DNA from: Eledone cirrhosa
Lineage: Eukaryota
Direction: 5' to 3'
DNA: 64,000 bases
Assembly (NCBI GenBank): GCA_964016885.1
Contig: OZ024743.1
Location: 358,236,001 to 358,300,000, forward strand
Made by a program: the position numbers and the translations under genes. Numbering within the stretch: position 1 is the first letter of the stretch; each line of letters opens with the position of its first letter. The notes under the pieces were generated by a model. That model was not told the origin of the DNA. It ran no database searches and saw only the letters and a list, made by a program, of their open reading frames with translations. Positions 14,894-27,780 of the stretch are shown here, in pieces.

Positions 14894-15410
14894 ATACATA
14901 TATATTGCAAAATTGGCAACAATTATGTTGAAAATCAGACAGAAGTACAGGGACGGACACTTAAAGGACAAGTGTGATATGCCAGAAAGATGGTAACATG
15001 AAAAGGACAAACTCTGTGGTCATCAGCTGTTATAGAACCCTGCTAGTTTATTCTAATAAGATAGTGAACCACTATCCTGGAACATTTTAAAGGACGCGAA
15101 TGTGACGAAAAACTACTGAACGCAGACGGAAACAATAACATTTTTTTTTAAACTTAACTGAAATTACATGACAATGACAAAATGAAACAAATTTGTGATA
15201 GTTAAATCGAACACAGTGTCACAAAGAACAAAAAGACACAAAAAAGAACAAAAGCCAACGCAAAAAAATAGATCTCCTTTCGACACAAAAATGTTGGCAA
15301 GTCAACGATAAACCACATCTGAATAGTGAGGTGTCAGCAGTCGGAGGATCAAGTCAATAGGACCACATGACAGAGGAAGAAAGTAGTGAAGATAAGGTAT
15401 TGTCACAGTA

Positions 15411-15599
15411 ATAATTGTTTCTACTTTTGGCACAAGGCAAGCAATTATCCCAGTGCATTACTGGGACTTTGTTTTATCGACTCCGTAAGGATGAAAGGCA
15501 AAGTTAACCTCAGCGGGATATGAACTCAGAATGGCAAGGGCCGTAACTCTATGCGTCAAAGCATGGCGTCCGACCCTCTACCGATACTGCCAATCCACC
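15411..15599 (-). mobile_element. tRNA-derived SINE, full length
   Basis: Family match. TSD ATTGTCACAGTAATAAT at about 15399 and 15600. Confidence 0.9.
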
Positions 15600-16029
15600 A
15601 TTGTCACAGTAATAATGATTTCTTGTATAGGCACAAGGCCAGTAATTGTCACAGTAATAATAGTAAGCAAGTAAACGATGTGAATGTATATATATATGTG
15701 TGTGTGTGTATGTGTGTGTGTGAAAAAGAAGTTGAAAATGCAATTGGAACCTTTAAGAAGGTTTATTTACAATGATTTATACTTTACCGGTTTCAAAAGT
15801 TTCGTGATTTTCAAATGTCAAAAGAGATTGAGAAATATATGGCTATGCCGAATTGTAACTCACATTTAATTGATGTTGGGATTTTTTTTCAGTTTTATAC
15901 AAAAAATGTGGCTCAGATTGCTATATATTTGAAGTGCAATTTGATAGGTTGAGGGAGATCACGTGATTAGGTATCGGATTTTTTTCCTATATTTTTACCC
16001 GTGTGGGACATATTAAAAACGTTACTTTC

Positions 16030-16058
<29 letters not shown>

Positions 16059-16062
<4 letters not shown>

Positions 16063-16258
16063 AACCAGTAAGACCCCGACAGCTGAGCTCAAGCCGTTTC
16101 GACGGCTAATTCTAGATTAGCCGTCGAATTAGCCGTCGAAACGGCTTGAGCTCAGCTGTCGGGGTCTTACTGGTTCCTATTACCCACTCTACTACCTCAA
16201 GTATTGAGTACTTTGGTGCGTTATGGTCCACCTGGTTCCTTACCACATTTCCTTCGTT
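16059..16258. mobile_element. (TA)n-flanked fold-back (about 54-bp perfect arms plus an 80-bp one-sided tail), probable Penelope-like relic
   Basis: 16059-16112 is the reverse complement of 16126-16179. Contains ...TTAGCCGTC-GAAAC, the 3' half of a hammerhead-like motif. Confidence 0.65.
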
Positions 16259-16867
16259 ATATATATATATATATATATTAGTAAAAGGAAGAGAAAATGC
16301 TGACAAATTTTTCCCAGTGAAAAATAGTTTAATTAGGAATAAGTATAAATTAGTAATAAGTATTGGTTAGTATTCAGTTTTAGTTTTAAGTTTTTACCGG
16401 TTGCGCATTTCTAATGCTTTTCAAAAATAATTTTGAGATAGAGCGCCCGTGATGTTTGGTCTAATCTGATCAGTTTGGGAAATTCTTCCTGTTTTATGTG
16501 AAAAAAGTGGCTCCAGAGGTATTAAGATTTGGTTGGTTGTTGAATGTCACGTGAATGAGTACTATAAATTTCGCGCCAATTCGTGTTGCAGAAATTCTTG
16601 TAGTCAAAACAATTTTGATTGGTCGGTAGAGATCACGTGAATGTTAAAAATTGATTTTGCGCCAAATGTAGGTTTGTCGAAGAGTATCCTTTTTCGCCTG
16701 ATTGAGAAGTCACTGAAAAATAAGTCTTCTAAGACAAATATGTGTGTGTGTGTAGTAAAGAGGTTCATTGTTGTGATAATGGCCAGTAGGGATGTGTGTG
16801 TGAATTGCAGTCATGTTGAAAGGTCAACAGTTCAGGTGTGTATTAAGACAAATGTGTGGGGGGGGGC

Positions 16868-17337
16868 AAGCGGTAGTAGATGACGGACGCTATAAGAATG
16901 TTCGCCACCTCCACTCGACCTTTCAAGGATAGTTTGCACTCGGCCCACTTCTGGGTGAGTGCAAACACCTTGGCCGTCACCTCGTTCCAGTTCTTCTACA
17001 CCTGGAGGTCCGGACCAAACCAGACCCCGAGCAGCTTTACCGGTCCTTCCGTCCAGCGTCCGACGACGCCATCGGAAGGCATCGGTTTGCCTCTCCACGA
17101 TCCGAGTTGCAAACCGATGGACTTGTCCCGGTTCAGCTTCGCTCCTGTGAACCTTTCGTATTCCTTCAGTAAGGTGCCGATTTCCTCGATTTGCGAGGTG
17201 CTCGACACCATTACTGTCAAGTCGTCGGCGTAGGCCGACGCCGCTTTCCGCAGTCCCGGTTCCAGGGGGATGCCCTGCAATAGCTCCAGCTTCCGCAGTA
17301 GTGGCTCGAGAGTCAGTACGTACAGAAGGGAGGAGAG
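16868..17337 (-). mobile_element. Tx1-group LINE copy A, internal RT fragment whose 5' end abuts (GATA)n
   Basis: ORF 16996-17280 AASAYADDLTVMVS...KLLGVWFGPDL is homologous to intact copy C. Confidence 0.9.
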
Positions 17338-17376
17338 ATAGATAGATAGATAAATAGATTGATAGATAGATAGATA
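17336..17376. repeat. (GATA)n between Tx1 copies A and B
   Basis: Direct reading. Confidence 0.95.
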
Positions 17377-17377
17377 A

Positions 17378-20300
17378 CTTTCTATTTATTTGCCACCAGG
17401 GCATCAAAGATTGAGACCAATACAAGGGGGGGGGGAGTTTACATACATTTCAAAGGACGTGTAAAAACATATAACAAATCAAATTCAACAATTGAAGTCC
17501 TCAATAGGGAGGGGGTGTTGACGTGGGTCGCACACACCCCCGAAAAAATGTGCAACCCTCCTTCTCAGGAGCACAAAGAGCGGGTGCTCCCTTCCTCTCC
17601 TCCTTCTTCTCCTCTCTCACCTACAGGCTGATATAGAGAGAAGGCCCATTCACTCGGGCCATTCTGGCCACTTTCACCCACCTTTCATAAAACTTGCTGG
17701 GGTACAGCACCTCTCTCTCCATTCTGATCCTTCTCCTAAAATGGTACTTTAAAAAAAGGACCAGTTGTTGGCCGGAGAGAAAAGTGTCTGACCTCAGCCC
17801 TTTCAGCCTCGTCCACCATACAACCTCTTTCGCCATAGCTATCACACAGAGGAAGACCGCCTCTCCTTCGTTTTTGAAGGGGGGAGGCGGTTTGATCGTG
17901 ACAATGTACTCGGTGGTCAACCGGATTGGTCCCACCCGCGACAGTACTTGTTCCACATAGCCCCACAGGTCAGCAACGCCCGGCCAGTGTACGAATGCGT
18001 ATGGTTTCCTCGTCACGCACGCATCTCGGACAGATCTTCTTCGAGGGGTCCCTACCCGGGCGCCCGTGTCTGTAGAGCTTGTCCCGAACAGGTTGAGCTC
18101 CTCGGTAGCACTGCGAAGCCAGGGACTTTTGGAAGTTGTCCATCGGTCCCGGGCCAAACATCCTACCGAACGGACTGGCTAGCTCATCTTCCTCTATGCT
18201 CAGAGCCTCTCCGAGAGCGTCGTCGCACTTGCTGCGCACCAACCCTCTATAGAATGTTGAGGTCGTGTCTCCACTGATTGCCGGATTCGCTTGCCAGAGG
18301 GCCGTGAGCGCCTGGGCACATTCAATATGCCAGTCGCCCACTTTTCTCGGTCTTTGCTTGACCCAGGATTGCAGCTCGGTGAGTGAGACGAGTCTCGGAA
18401 AGGCTCGCCTCACAAAAGGGGCCCACACCGGCTGACCGGTGAGGAATACCTGAATGTGCCATAGCCTTAATGCGTGTCTACGTATGGTGAGCCACGGCAT
18501 CCCCAGCCCTCCGTTCGAAGGGTGTTGACTGCAGATGGATCTTCTCACCAAAGGGGCCCACTTCTTCCAAAGGAATCGGAAGAGTGCGCGCTCCATTTTG
18601 GCGAGCGTTTTCGCTGAGCAAGGCACGACGGTCAAGTGGTAGTAGATGACGGACGCTATATAAGTGTTTGCCACCTACGCTCGACCTTTCAGGGACAGTT
18701 TGCACTCGGCCCACTTCTGGGCGTGTGCAAACACCCTGTTCGTTACCTCGTCCCAGTTTTTCTCCACCTGGAGGTCCGGTCCGAACCAGACCCCGAGCAG
18801 CTTCAACGCCGTCGGAGGGCATCGGTTTGCAACTCGGAACGTGGAGAGGCCAACCGAGTTGCAAACCGATGGACTTGTCCCGGTTCAGCTTGGCTCCTGT
18901 AAACCTTTCGTATTCCTCCAGTAAGGTGCCGATCTGCCCGATTTCCGAGGCGCACGACACCATTACTGTCACGTCATCGGTGTAGGCCGATACCGCTTTC
19001 CGCAAACCCGGTTCCAGCTTGCAACAGCTCCAACTTCCGCAGTAGTGGCTCGAGAGCCAGCACATACAAAAGGGAGGAGAGAGGGCATCCCTGTCGGATG
19101 GATCGCGCGATTTGGAACGGCTCCGAGAGGTAGCCATTCACCTTGACCCTCGAGCAGGTGTTGCTGCGGTGCATTGCAGCAATCCAGCTCCTGAAAACGG
19201 GTCCGAAGCCTGCCGCCGCGAGCACCGCATCCAGGTACCGATGGTCGACCCTATCGAACGCCTTAGATTGATCCAAGTTGATCAGGGCCCCACCTAATCC
19301 GGGTTCGTTCCCTACCCTCTCTACGACAAGCGCCAATCTCTTCGCTAACACCTTGGCCAAAATCTTTAACTCTGTGTTTAGCAGAGTTAATGGCCTGAAG
19401 TTATCTATGTTAACCCCCTTGTTCTCGTCCTTCCTCTGCAGCGTGACTACGCCATTGGTCACAGAACTGGGAATTCTCCCGTTCTGTTGCCAGTTGCAGT
19501 AGACCGCATTGGGGAGAGAGATCGGAGAACAAGTCCGGCATCGCTACATAAAGTTCGTATGGTAGACCATCGAGACAGGGAGATTTGCGTTTGCCGCATT
19601 AGCTCAGCGCTTCCCCTTTTTCAGCGGCTGAAATCGGCCTTTCGCAGGACTTAGCCTCCCCGTCCGAGAGTCGCGGCAGACCGTCGAGGTATGGACCGAA
19701 ATCCATGGCCTCAGCCGGCCTGCCGCCCCTCCCGAACAGTCGTGCAAAGCGCCGTTGAAAGGCCGCGCACATCCGCTCAGGTTCAAGGATCACGCGTCCA
19801 TCCTGGTCCTTCAAAGACCGAATTGTGGACTTGTTTCCACTTTTTGCCTCTGGCACTCGGACCCAGCTAACAGCTTTGACTCCCTCGTTACCCAGACCAC
19901 GTATTTTACTCCTGACAACGCAGCCCTCGTGCTTCGCATCAAAGAACTGGTCTAGGGCCGTTTTTGACGCCAGCACGACGGCCACGTTGCCACTCCTAAT
20001 CGCCTCTTCTATCTAACAATTCCCTTTCAGTTCTATTCCTACTGATGCTAATTCCTGACTAAAACCTATCGATTCTATTCTAATTTCTCTCTTGAGAGAG
20101 CCCCACCACCTGCTGTTGACAATTGCCCCCGTCAACCGCTGCTTAACTAGATAACTAATCCGCTTACTGTAAGCTTTGTTTGTCGGTAAGGACAAGTTTA
20201 GCTTCCAGTAACCGGGTCCTTGTCTATGGGTTCTATCAAACCATGAACATTCGTGGACAGCTTAATATGTCCCTATCCTTATTTCTAACTAGGAACCTAT

Positions 20301-22818
20301 CTAAGTACGACCTAGATGTTCCACTAAGATTAGTCCACGTCCACAGTGGCACAGTCGGAAAATCTAGTCGATATCTATCGGCCAGATCAAATCGGCCGAT
20401 TAGCCGTTTGAGGCTGTTACACCCCCCTCTATCGGGACATGCCTCTACATAGTCCCAACGTGCATCCAGGATACCATTCCAGTCCCCCACTAAAAGCAAG
20501 GAGCGAGACGTTCCCAGAAAAGTCTCTAGGCGTTGGAAGAAGTCCGGTCGCAGTGTCCTAGATGAGGCATACGCTGCCACCAGCCTGAAGGCTCCACCTT
20601 CACTACTGCCTACGTCTAAAACCACCAGTCGACCCTCCGGGTCCAGGTGTACCTTCCGTGTTGCGAGGCCCAGGTGTTTTTGCAGCAGAACGACTACCCC
20701 GCCAAGCCCCCGACTGACAGAGAGATGCATAGATCTCAAAAGTTGTCGAAGGTGGGGGCCAGTTGGTGTTCGCTGCTGATCCTGGACACAAATAGCTATC
20801 ACATCCATTCTGTGCGACCTGAGGTCATTTAAAAAGTTTGCCCTGCTTCCAGGACATCCCCAGGCCGCGCGCATTTAAACATCCAACTCTTATAACAGCC
20901 ATGTTGGTGGTGAAGAGTTTAGAGTGTAGAAAAAGGAAAATACACCTACCTGTCCTTCTCCTGGGGACCAGGCTGCACAAATTCCATGGGGGTGTCGTCG
21001 GGGTTGTTTTGTGGGGTGGGGTGGTGGTGGGGGAGGGGTGTCTGGGGGGGAACATTTCAAGAGGACGCGGTTGCTAGGTCTAGTACAGGGGTTCCCCACG
21101 TCCTCGGGAAAGTTCTGTTTGAAGATTGCGTAGGTGTCCCTTGGGATCCTAATCATTTTTAAATGCGGTTTAGTCGCCGCGTTGGTTAACATTTTCCCTT
21201 CGGTTTCCACCGGTTTGTTCTGTTTGTGCTGGTGGTTGTGTGTTTGTTGCATTTTTGTTAATGTGGTGCCTTCTTTTCTTTCTTTTTACAGGTTGAAAGG
21301 GTTCTCCCTCGTCGTCACTGGGTGACGTTGATAAAGAGTCCTCGTCCGTGTTGTTGGGGAGGGGTATATTTTGGGGTTTTGTTGTGGTTTCTTTTGTATT
21401 TGTTTTAGGTGGGGAGGGGTTGGGTGGGACAGTGTCTTGTGTTGTTATTTGTTCGTGTTGTTGTGGTTGTTGTGGTGGTGGTGGTGGTGGTGGTGGTGGT
21501 GGTGGTGGTGGTGGTGGTGGTGGTCGTCGTCGTCGTCGTCGTCGTCGTGTTGTTGTGTGTGGGGTGGGCAGAAGCGTCTTTGGGGGGCATTTAAAAGGGG
21601 ACAGGAAGCCCTCAGGTGACCACTTCTTGAACAGTGGTAGAATGAAGGCCGCCTGCCCTCAACAGAAATGTTTATGAAGGCGACTCCATCCAGGGACACA
21701 CGCTGCGGTATTCTTGCTATCCATTCTGGTCTCATTTGGACCAGAACTTCAAGGCTATTGCCGCCGAATACGCCCCTGGCGGATTCGCCTATCGAAAGGA
21801 TTGTGTCCTCATCTTCTAAGAATCCTGTTAGCACCCACCAAATGCTCGCATTTGGCCTGATGCTCGAGATTCTTATCTTTTGAGTTCTTTTCCCCTAATA
21901 TGTGGGGGGAAAGGTGTATGCTTTGGATACAATTGGCGACACAGAATATTTTCGTGCCGCCAATTCATCTTGCATTAAAACAGATATGCTTCCATACAGT
22001 TTCCCTTTCTGTATGAAGGCGATATCCTTCCAGGCACTACTTAGGACCAGCTCAATTTCGCTTTGGGACAATTGAGCCGGTTTCCTAGTCGTGTTCGAAA
22101 CTGTCCTAAAGATTACGGTCCTGAGGACTGTGTTCCTTCTAATTTCTTCGGGGGAGGTAATTGTGGATTCAACACCTTCCCCGAAAGTTACACAATTCCT
22201 TGCTTCTTTCAGCAATTTCTTGGCATTCGAGATGTCCAGTGCCTTGTATGTCTGCGTTTTTCGGACCGCCTGTGCGAAGGAGACTGCAGCTGTGGGTCCG
22301 TTTTCTTTCGTGTTGTTATCATTGTTGTTGTTGTTATTCGTGTTGGATTGCTTTTTTCCTTTGTTGGTGTTGTCATTATTTCTGTTGTTGGTTGTTATTG
22401 TCATTGTTGCTGTTGTTGGTTGTGTTGTTATTGTCATTGTTGTTCTTGTTTGTGTAATTGTTACTTTTGAGGTTTTCACCCATTTCCACAATTTTCTCTT
22501 TTTATTCCGTGGTGTCTTTTGCGGGAGTGAGGAGGCAAGGCTTACAGCGTTGTTCTGCTACCTTCTCTCTATCACTTTCCTTGGGGGGGGCATGCGTCGT
22601 ATTAATGGCGTCCATTGTCACTAAACGACTTTTTATCGACAACTTATAACTATTAAATTTCGCCCCAAAAAGGGGCGAAATTTATTTTACCCAACGTCTG
22701 CAGGCCCAGGCGAGGGGTTAAACACAACAAATAACAAATTACTTAAACAAACCTACCGCTTCTCGTAATAAATTCAGACAAAATGCAGGAGCGAAACAAA
22801 AACACGTCTATCTTCTCC

Positions 22819-22819
<1 letters not shown>
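17378..22819 (-). mobile_element. Tx1-group LINE copy B, near full length, multiply frameshifted (ORF1 about 22615-20946, ORF2 20902-17621)
   Basis: APE (GDWNG, RSYLDRFL), RT (NFRPLTLLN, DQSKAFDRV, RQGCPLS) and C-terminal fragments in shifting frames. Decayed knuckle in ORF1. AATAAA at the 3' end. (GATA)n on both sides. Confidence 0.93.

Positions 22820-22859
<40 letters not shown>
22819..22859. repeat. (GATA)n at the 5' junction of copy B
   Basis: Direct reading. Confidence 0.95.
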
Positions 22860-24132
22860 TATTTTTCTTGTCTATGATTTGTTTCAGCTATATAATCAAT
22901 GAAGCTCTTTTAGAGCATTTAATCTTTCTCCGAACGTCTGTCATAATGTTTATGGAAAGAGAGATGTGTGTGCAATGCTCTGCTCGCTTTAGGTACCGTT
23001 CAAAATGGCGTCGACAATGTGGTGTGTCTATGGTTATAATATCATTAATAAAATTTCTACTTCCTTGTACTATCTGAGCCATTTGACATTCCAGCGATTT
23101 CTGTCACATACAAAAGTTTATATAAAAATATAATATAAACATATCATTCATTGTTAAAAGGCTTTTTCAATATCGTATTCTTAAGCAAACAAGCTGAACT
23201 CATTAAATTTTAAAGAAATCGTTGTTAGAGAAATACAAGCTTCAAACGCCTATCATTTATCAAGATGAACACTGTATTTTCAACAAACTAATAACTTTTC
23301 CAATATTTGCACATATGTACATAAGCACACATTAAAAATCAAAAACAAAAGAAAACATGAGCGCAAATGTTATATAAAACGTACATACAGGCATAAATAT
23401 ATGCATAAATACAAATCGCATTCAAATTCATACAAATCGATACACGTACTTTCAAATGCGCACAAAATCAAATATCCAAGCAAATTCATTTTGAGACAAA
23501 CGTGATAAAAAAAGACATGACAATACTGTAATTTAGTATATTCACAAACGCGAGCGCTCGAAGACATCTGGAAATTACACCAGTCGAAAGGGTGGGTAAT
23601 GCGAATACTGTAGAGTGAATAAAAACATTGACCTCAAACAAAAATAACAAGAATAAAAAGAGTGATAATGATAATACTTTTTGTATTAACCACCAATGAT
23701 CTGTTAATACATAGAATAGAAAAAACATTGACATAAGGGTTACAAAGCGTTAGAGGAATGACGAAATAGTCATATAAGAATGTGGAGGGATAAGGAAGAA
23801 CGTTATACAATATGCATATGTTAAAAAATTGAGACAGACTAAATAAAAAATTATATAAAAACATGCTATAATTTATAAGATATAATTTTTAAAAAAACAT
23901 AAACAGATAGGATAACCCATTCACACACGGGTGATAACCCACCAGCTAGGTTTTGCTGAGAACCCTACGGTATTTTTCTCCAGCCGTTTTCATTAGCAGT
24001 CTAATCATTTTGTGGTTCGACAAAATCGCAACACATCTCATTCTCAATTACCACATTGTAATTTTTCTTCCTTCAGTTTGTTTGGTGAGAGAGAAGGACT
24101 CTTCGCACTTTTTCATTACCTAATCTCGGCTC

Positions 24133-25311
24133 AAAACGTTCCTGTGCAGAGCAGAAATTTACGCTACGCCGCATCATTTAGAGGTACAACGAATTCCAGA
24201 GGCCCCTCGCCATCAGCTTCATCAATTTCTCCAAAGCATTCGATAGCATTCATCGACCGTCGCTCTGGAGCATCATGCATGAGTATGGTCTGCCCCAGAA
24301 AGTCATTTCGGCAATCAAACAGATTTACGCAAACTCCAAGTGCTGCATACGGACAGAGGATGGTTACAGTGTCTGGTTTGAGGTGGTCACTGGCGTGCGT
24401 CGAGGTTGCTCGCTCTCTCCAATTCTCTTTGTCATAGCCATTGACTGGGTACTAAGAAGAGCGTCTAAAGACCAGGGTATATCTTGGGTGGGAGAGCAAA
24501 AGTTGTCTGACCTGGACTTTGCGGACGATATTGCTGCACTTGCAGAGAGCACAGCTGACCTGCAAATCATTGTGAACAATATCAATGTCGAAGCAGGAAG
24601 CTTAGGTCTCAATATCAGTGCCAAGAAGACCAAAAGCATGTTATATGGGACACATCCACCACCAACCAGTGTCTTCATTGAACAGGGGGAGGTGGAGATA
24701 GTGGACAACTTCACCTACCTAGGAAGCTCCATTAACAATGAGGGCACCATAGACAGTGAACTGCAATGTAGAATGGGAAAGGCTTCAGCAGCATTTAACC
24801 AGCTTGACAAGATCTGGAAGAGCAGGAAGTTCACCCTCAAAACAAAGATGAGATTCTACAACAGCAACGTGCTGTCCACGCTCTTGTACGGAAGTGAAAC
24901 ATGGCACCTTAAGACCAGCCAAGAGAAGAAGTTGGACGCATTCGATTCCAGATGTCTGCGAAATATCCTGGGGATTAAATGGAGTGACCATGTAACAAAC
25001 CAGGAAGTCAGGAACCGCATCAACCAGCAGCTAGTCTCTTCTACCATCTGCAAGCGACGCCTGGGCTGGTTTGGACACGCTTTGAGACTTCCCCCGGAGA
25101 GACTGACGAACCAAGTACTTAAATGGGGCTCGCAGGGAAGCAGACGGAGAGGGCGACCCAAAATGAACTGGCGCCAGACAGTTGAGAGGGACCTGCGAGC
25201 GACAAACAGACAATGGCGGGACACTGTGCAACTGGCTGCTGACCGAACGCGATGGAACACTATGATTGCCTCATTCGTCGCAAGACGCGGGAGCTTCAGA
25301 GTCTGAGTCTG
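24133..25311 (+). mobile_element. RTE-clade LINE, 5'-truncated, with 11-bp TSD and (CTGAGT)-type tail
   Basis: TSD AATCTCGGCTC at 24122-24132 and 25312-25322. RT motifs FSKAFDSI, GVRRGCSLSP, FADD, YLGS. RTE-type C-terminus LGWFGHALR...RRRGRPK. Confidence 0.92.
24275..25306 (+). pseudogene. Open 343-codon remnant of the RTE reverse transcriptase C-terminal half
   Basis: ORF track. Lacks the endonuclease and RT N-terminus. Confidence 0.85.
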
Positions 25312-26997
25312 AATCTCGGCTCGCTTTTTCACCGTTCATATTGAAACATTGATTTTCCAAAGAGGCCCTTGATCCTTTTGGGAATTGAACGAGGCACTTC
25401 TAGTTATGCTGATTCTAGGTTATCGTACTTAACTGGTGTGTATCTTTCAAATGTCTCTTGAATTCTTCTGGATTTCTTTCTACTTCAACACATCATTTCG
25501 GTTGATATCTCTCCTTAGTTCCACGAGAAAAGCTTTAGTACTTTGTTCCTCTTTTACTTGCTTTCACTTCCCGAAACATCAATGCCACTACGAAAGCTTC
25601 TTACACCTTGTAGATGTCAATAAGGTGTTCGAGTGTGCGCACGCAGGAAGGCTTGGTTTCATTAAAGGCTGCCGCAACTAAATCTCGTGACCTGGGATCG
25701 TTAAACTAGCGGCTTTGCTACTAAGCCAACTCCAGATTAAGCGCATGTATGCAACCAATTAACAGTAGCAACATGTTCGTGGAGTTCACGTGAAATATAT
25801 CATTTAATTTCCACAAGAATCAGCTAATACGGCTTTCAGGGACCTCAAAGGTCGGCTGCAGATTTGTATAACCTGTCTCCAAGTCGTGTAAGAATGGGCA
25901 CTGAAAGTGTTTGTAGACTTTTGATGTGGTACTCGCCAAAGTTTTGTCAACTTCCACCTTTGAGATGAGTTAGCAGATGCCCTTGCTTTTGTTTGTATTT
26001 CTTTCTTTTGCGTTCTCCATCAATTTATCGTTCTTTCTTTTGGAGAATTGTTTAGTTGAATAACGTCTGTGGATTTTTTGTCATCGTTGTTGTTGATAAT
26101 ATCGTTGGTACTGTTGTTTTGCTAACTTGTTATTTCTTTAATCATGAGGTGCGATCTATAAATCCAACTTCCTATTCACACCGACATACTGTGGGGAAGT
26201 GTATCAAGCGCAACATGGCAGTTTTGGCATATTGCATTTTCTCCCCTATTCAGTCGTTTTTTTTTTGTATATTCGCAAATTCGGTGTAGTAGACACATCT
26301 AAGGCGTGCAAGTAGAACTCGCTCAAGCGTGACAGTTGCTGTTCGTCAGCACATATTGTTGGGGATCTTCATACTAGCACAATATTTAAGTCTAGTAAGG
26401 CTATTGGTGTTCCACGCATTTCTATGTGTATATTCGGTATGTGTATCTGAAGAGAGATGTATTTTTTAAGATGTAGTAGTATTCTAAGGTGTTAAAATTG
26501 TTTGGGTCTTTTCTTTTTCATTTAGAAACAGGGACTGTAGGTATTGATACGGCAACAAACAGCACCCTTGTATACCTAGATGATTTCTCAGCTTTAGAAT
26601 TTTTGTTTTATTTTCTAGATGGTCTATTGATGTGGTTTATATAAAACCTGTTATGGCGTGTAGTATGCTAGATTGTGATTATTGTAGATAATTGGGCTTT
26701 CTGGTCAGAAAAATTGCGGATCCAAGAGAGGCTGGTATATTGTTTTTTACACCATTATTGCTGTTTCTTTCTCTTGGTTAAATGCAGTGAGTATAATTTT
26801 TTTAAGTACGTACTCTGTTTTCTACCTGTTCTACCTTCTTCAATGTGTGTTGTTGAATATTGTGGGGGAAGTTGGATATAACTTCTACGTTTGTCTTTTG
26901 TGTGTGTGATGTTTATGTTGTTGTTTGTGAGAGTTGATTGTATTTGGTGTTCTTTGACGTTGTTGGTAAGAAAGGAGACAGTAGATATGGTATATGC

Positions 26998-27168
26998 TAG
27001 GCATGTCAAACTCAGGGTCTCCCGACATATTTGTTGTCTGAGGGCCACACACGGCAACTAATTGCGCATATTGCAACTAATTTTACGAAGCTAAAAATGC
27101 TCGCGTTGTAGAAACCTTTGTGCGGGCCGCAGGAGTAATTGTAAAGGGCCGCATGTTTGACATGCCTG
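26998..27168. mobile_element. hAT (Charlie-like) MITE
   Basis: TIRs TAGGCATGTCAAAC / GTTTGACATGCCTG. 8-bp TSD GTATATGC at 26990-26997 and 27169-27176. Confidence 0.9.
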
Positions 27169-27613
27169 GTATATGCTACTTTAACTCTGTTATTGTGGTG
27201 CTATATTTCTAGGTGATTTAAATAAGGTAGTTGTATAGCAGTAACAGGAAAGTTATGGGAAAAGTGAGTGTGAGGTTATCTGCGTATAAGTTAGTCTGTA
27301 AGTGTTGTGGTGGTGTAGGAAGATTATGTATGAATAGTTTGAAAAGAGTGAGTACCAAGACGGATCTTTGTGGTATTCCATACGGGAAATTGAGAGTGTT
27401 GTAAGTGTCGTTCTTGTACAATACAAACGTTTAGCGATCTGATAATTTACTTGCTAGTTAGCGTTTAATGTGGTTTCTTATGGTGGTGTTGAGCACCTTT
27501 TGTGTGCGTGGATTGTGTGGAATGGAGTAAAGGGCTTTACTGATGTCGATAGAAGTGGAACTGGTACGCGTGGAATTTTTGTTTTAATAATTAGAGCCAT
27601 GAAATATGTTCTA

Positions 27614-27780
27614 CAGTGAACTTCCGTTATAACGAAATTTACGGGGCATAAAAAATATTCGTTGTAACGAAAAATTCTTTATAACGAAATCGACCTCGAG
27701 CGTGTGGCCTGGGATTGAAAAAATTTGGTTATACTGAAAAATTCGTTATAATGGTATTTGTTATAACGTAATTTTACCTG
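27614..27780. mobile_element. Tc1/mariner-superfamily (pogo/Tigger-like) MITE
   Basis: TA-CAGTGAACTTCCGTTATAACG ... GTTATAACGTAATTTTACCTG-TA, with internal TTCGTTATAAC repeats. Confidence 0.75.
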
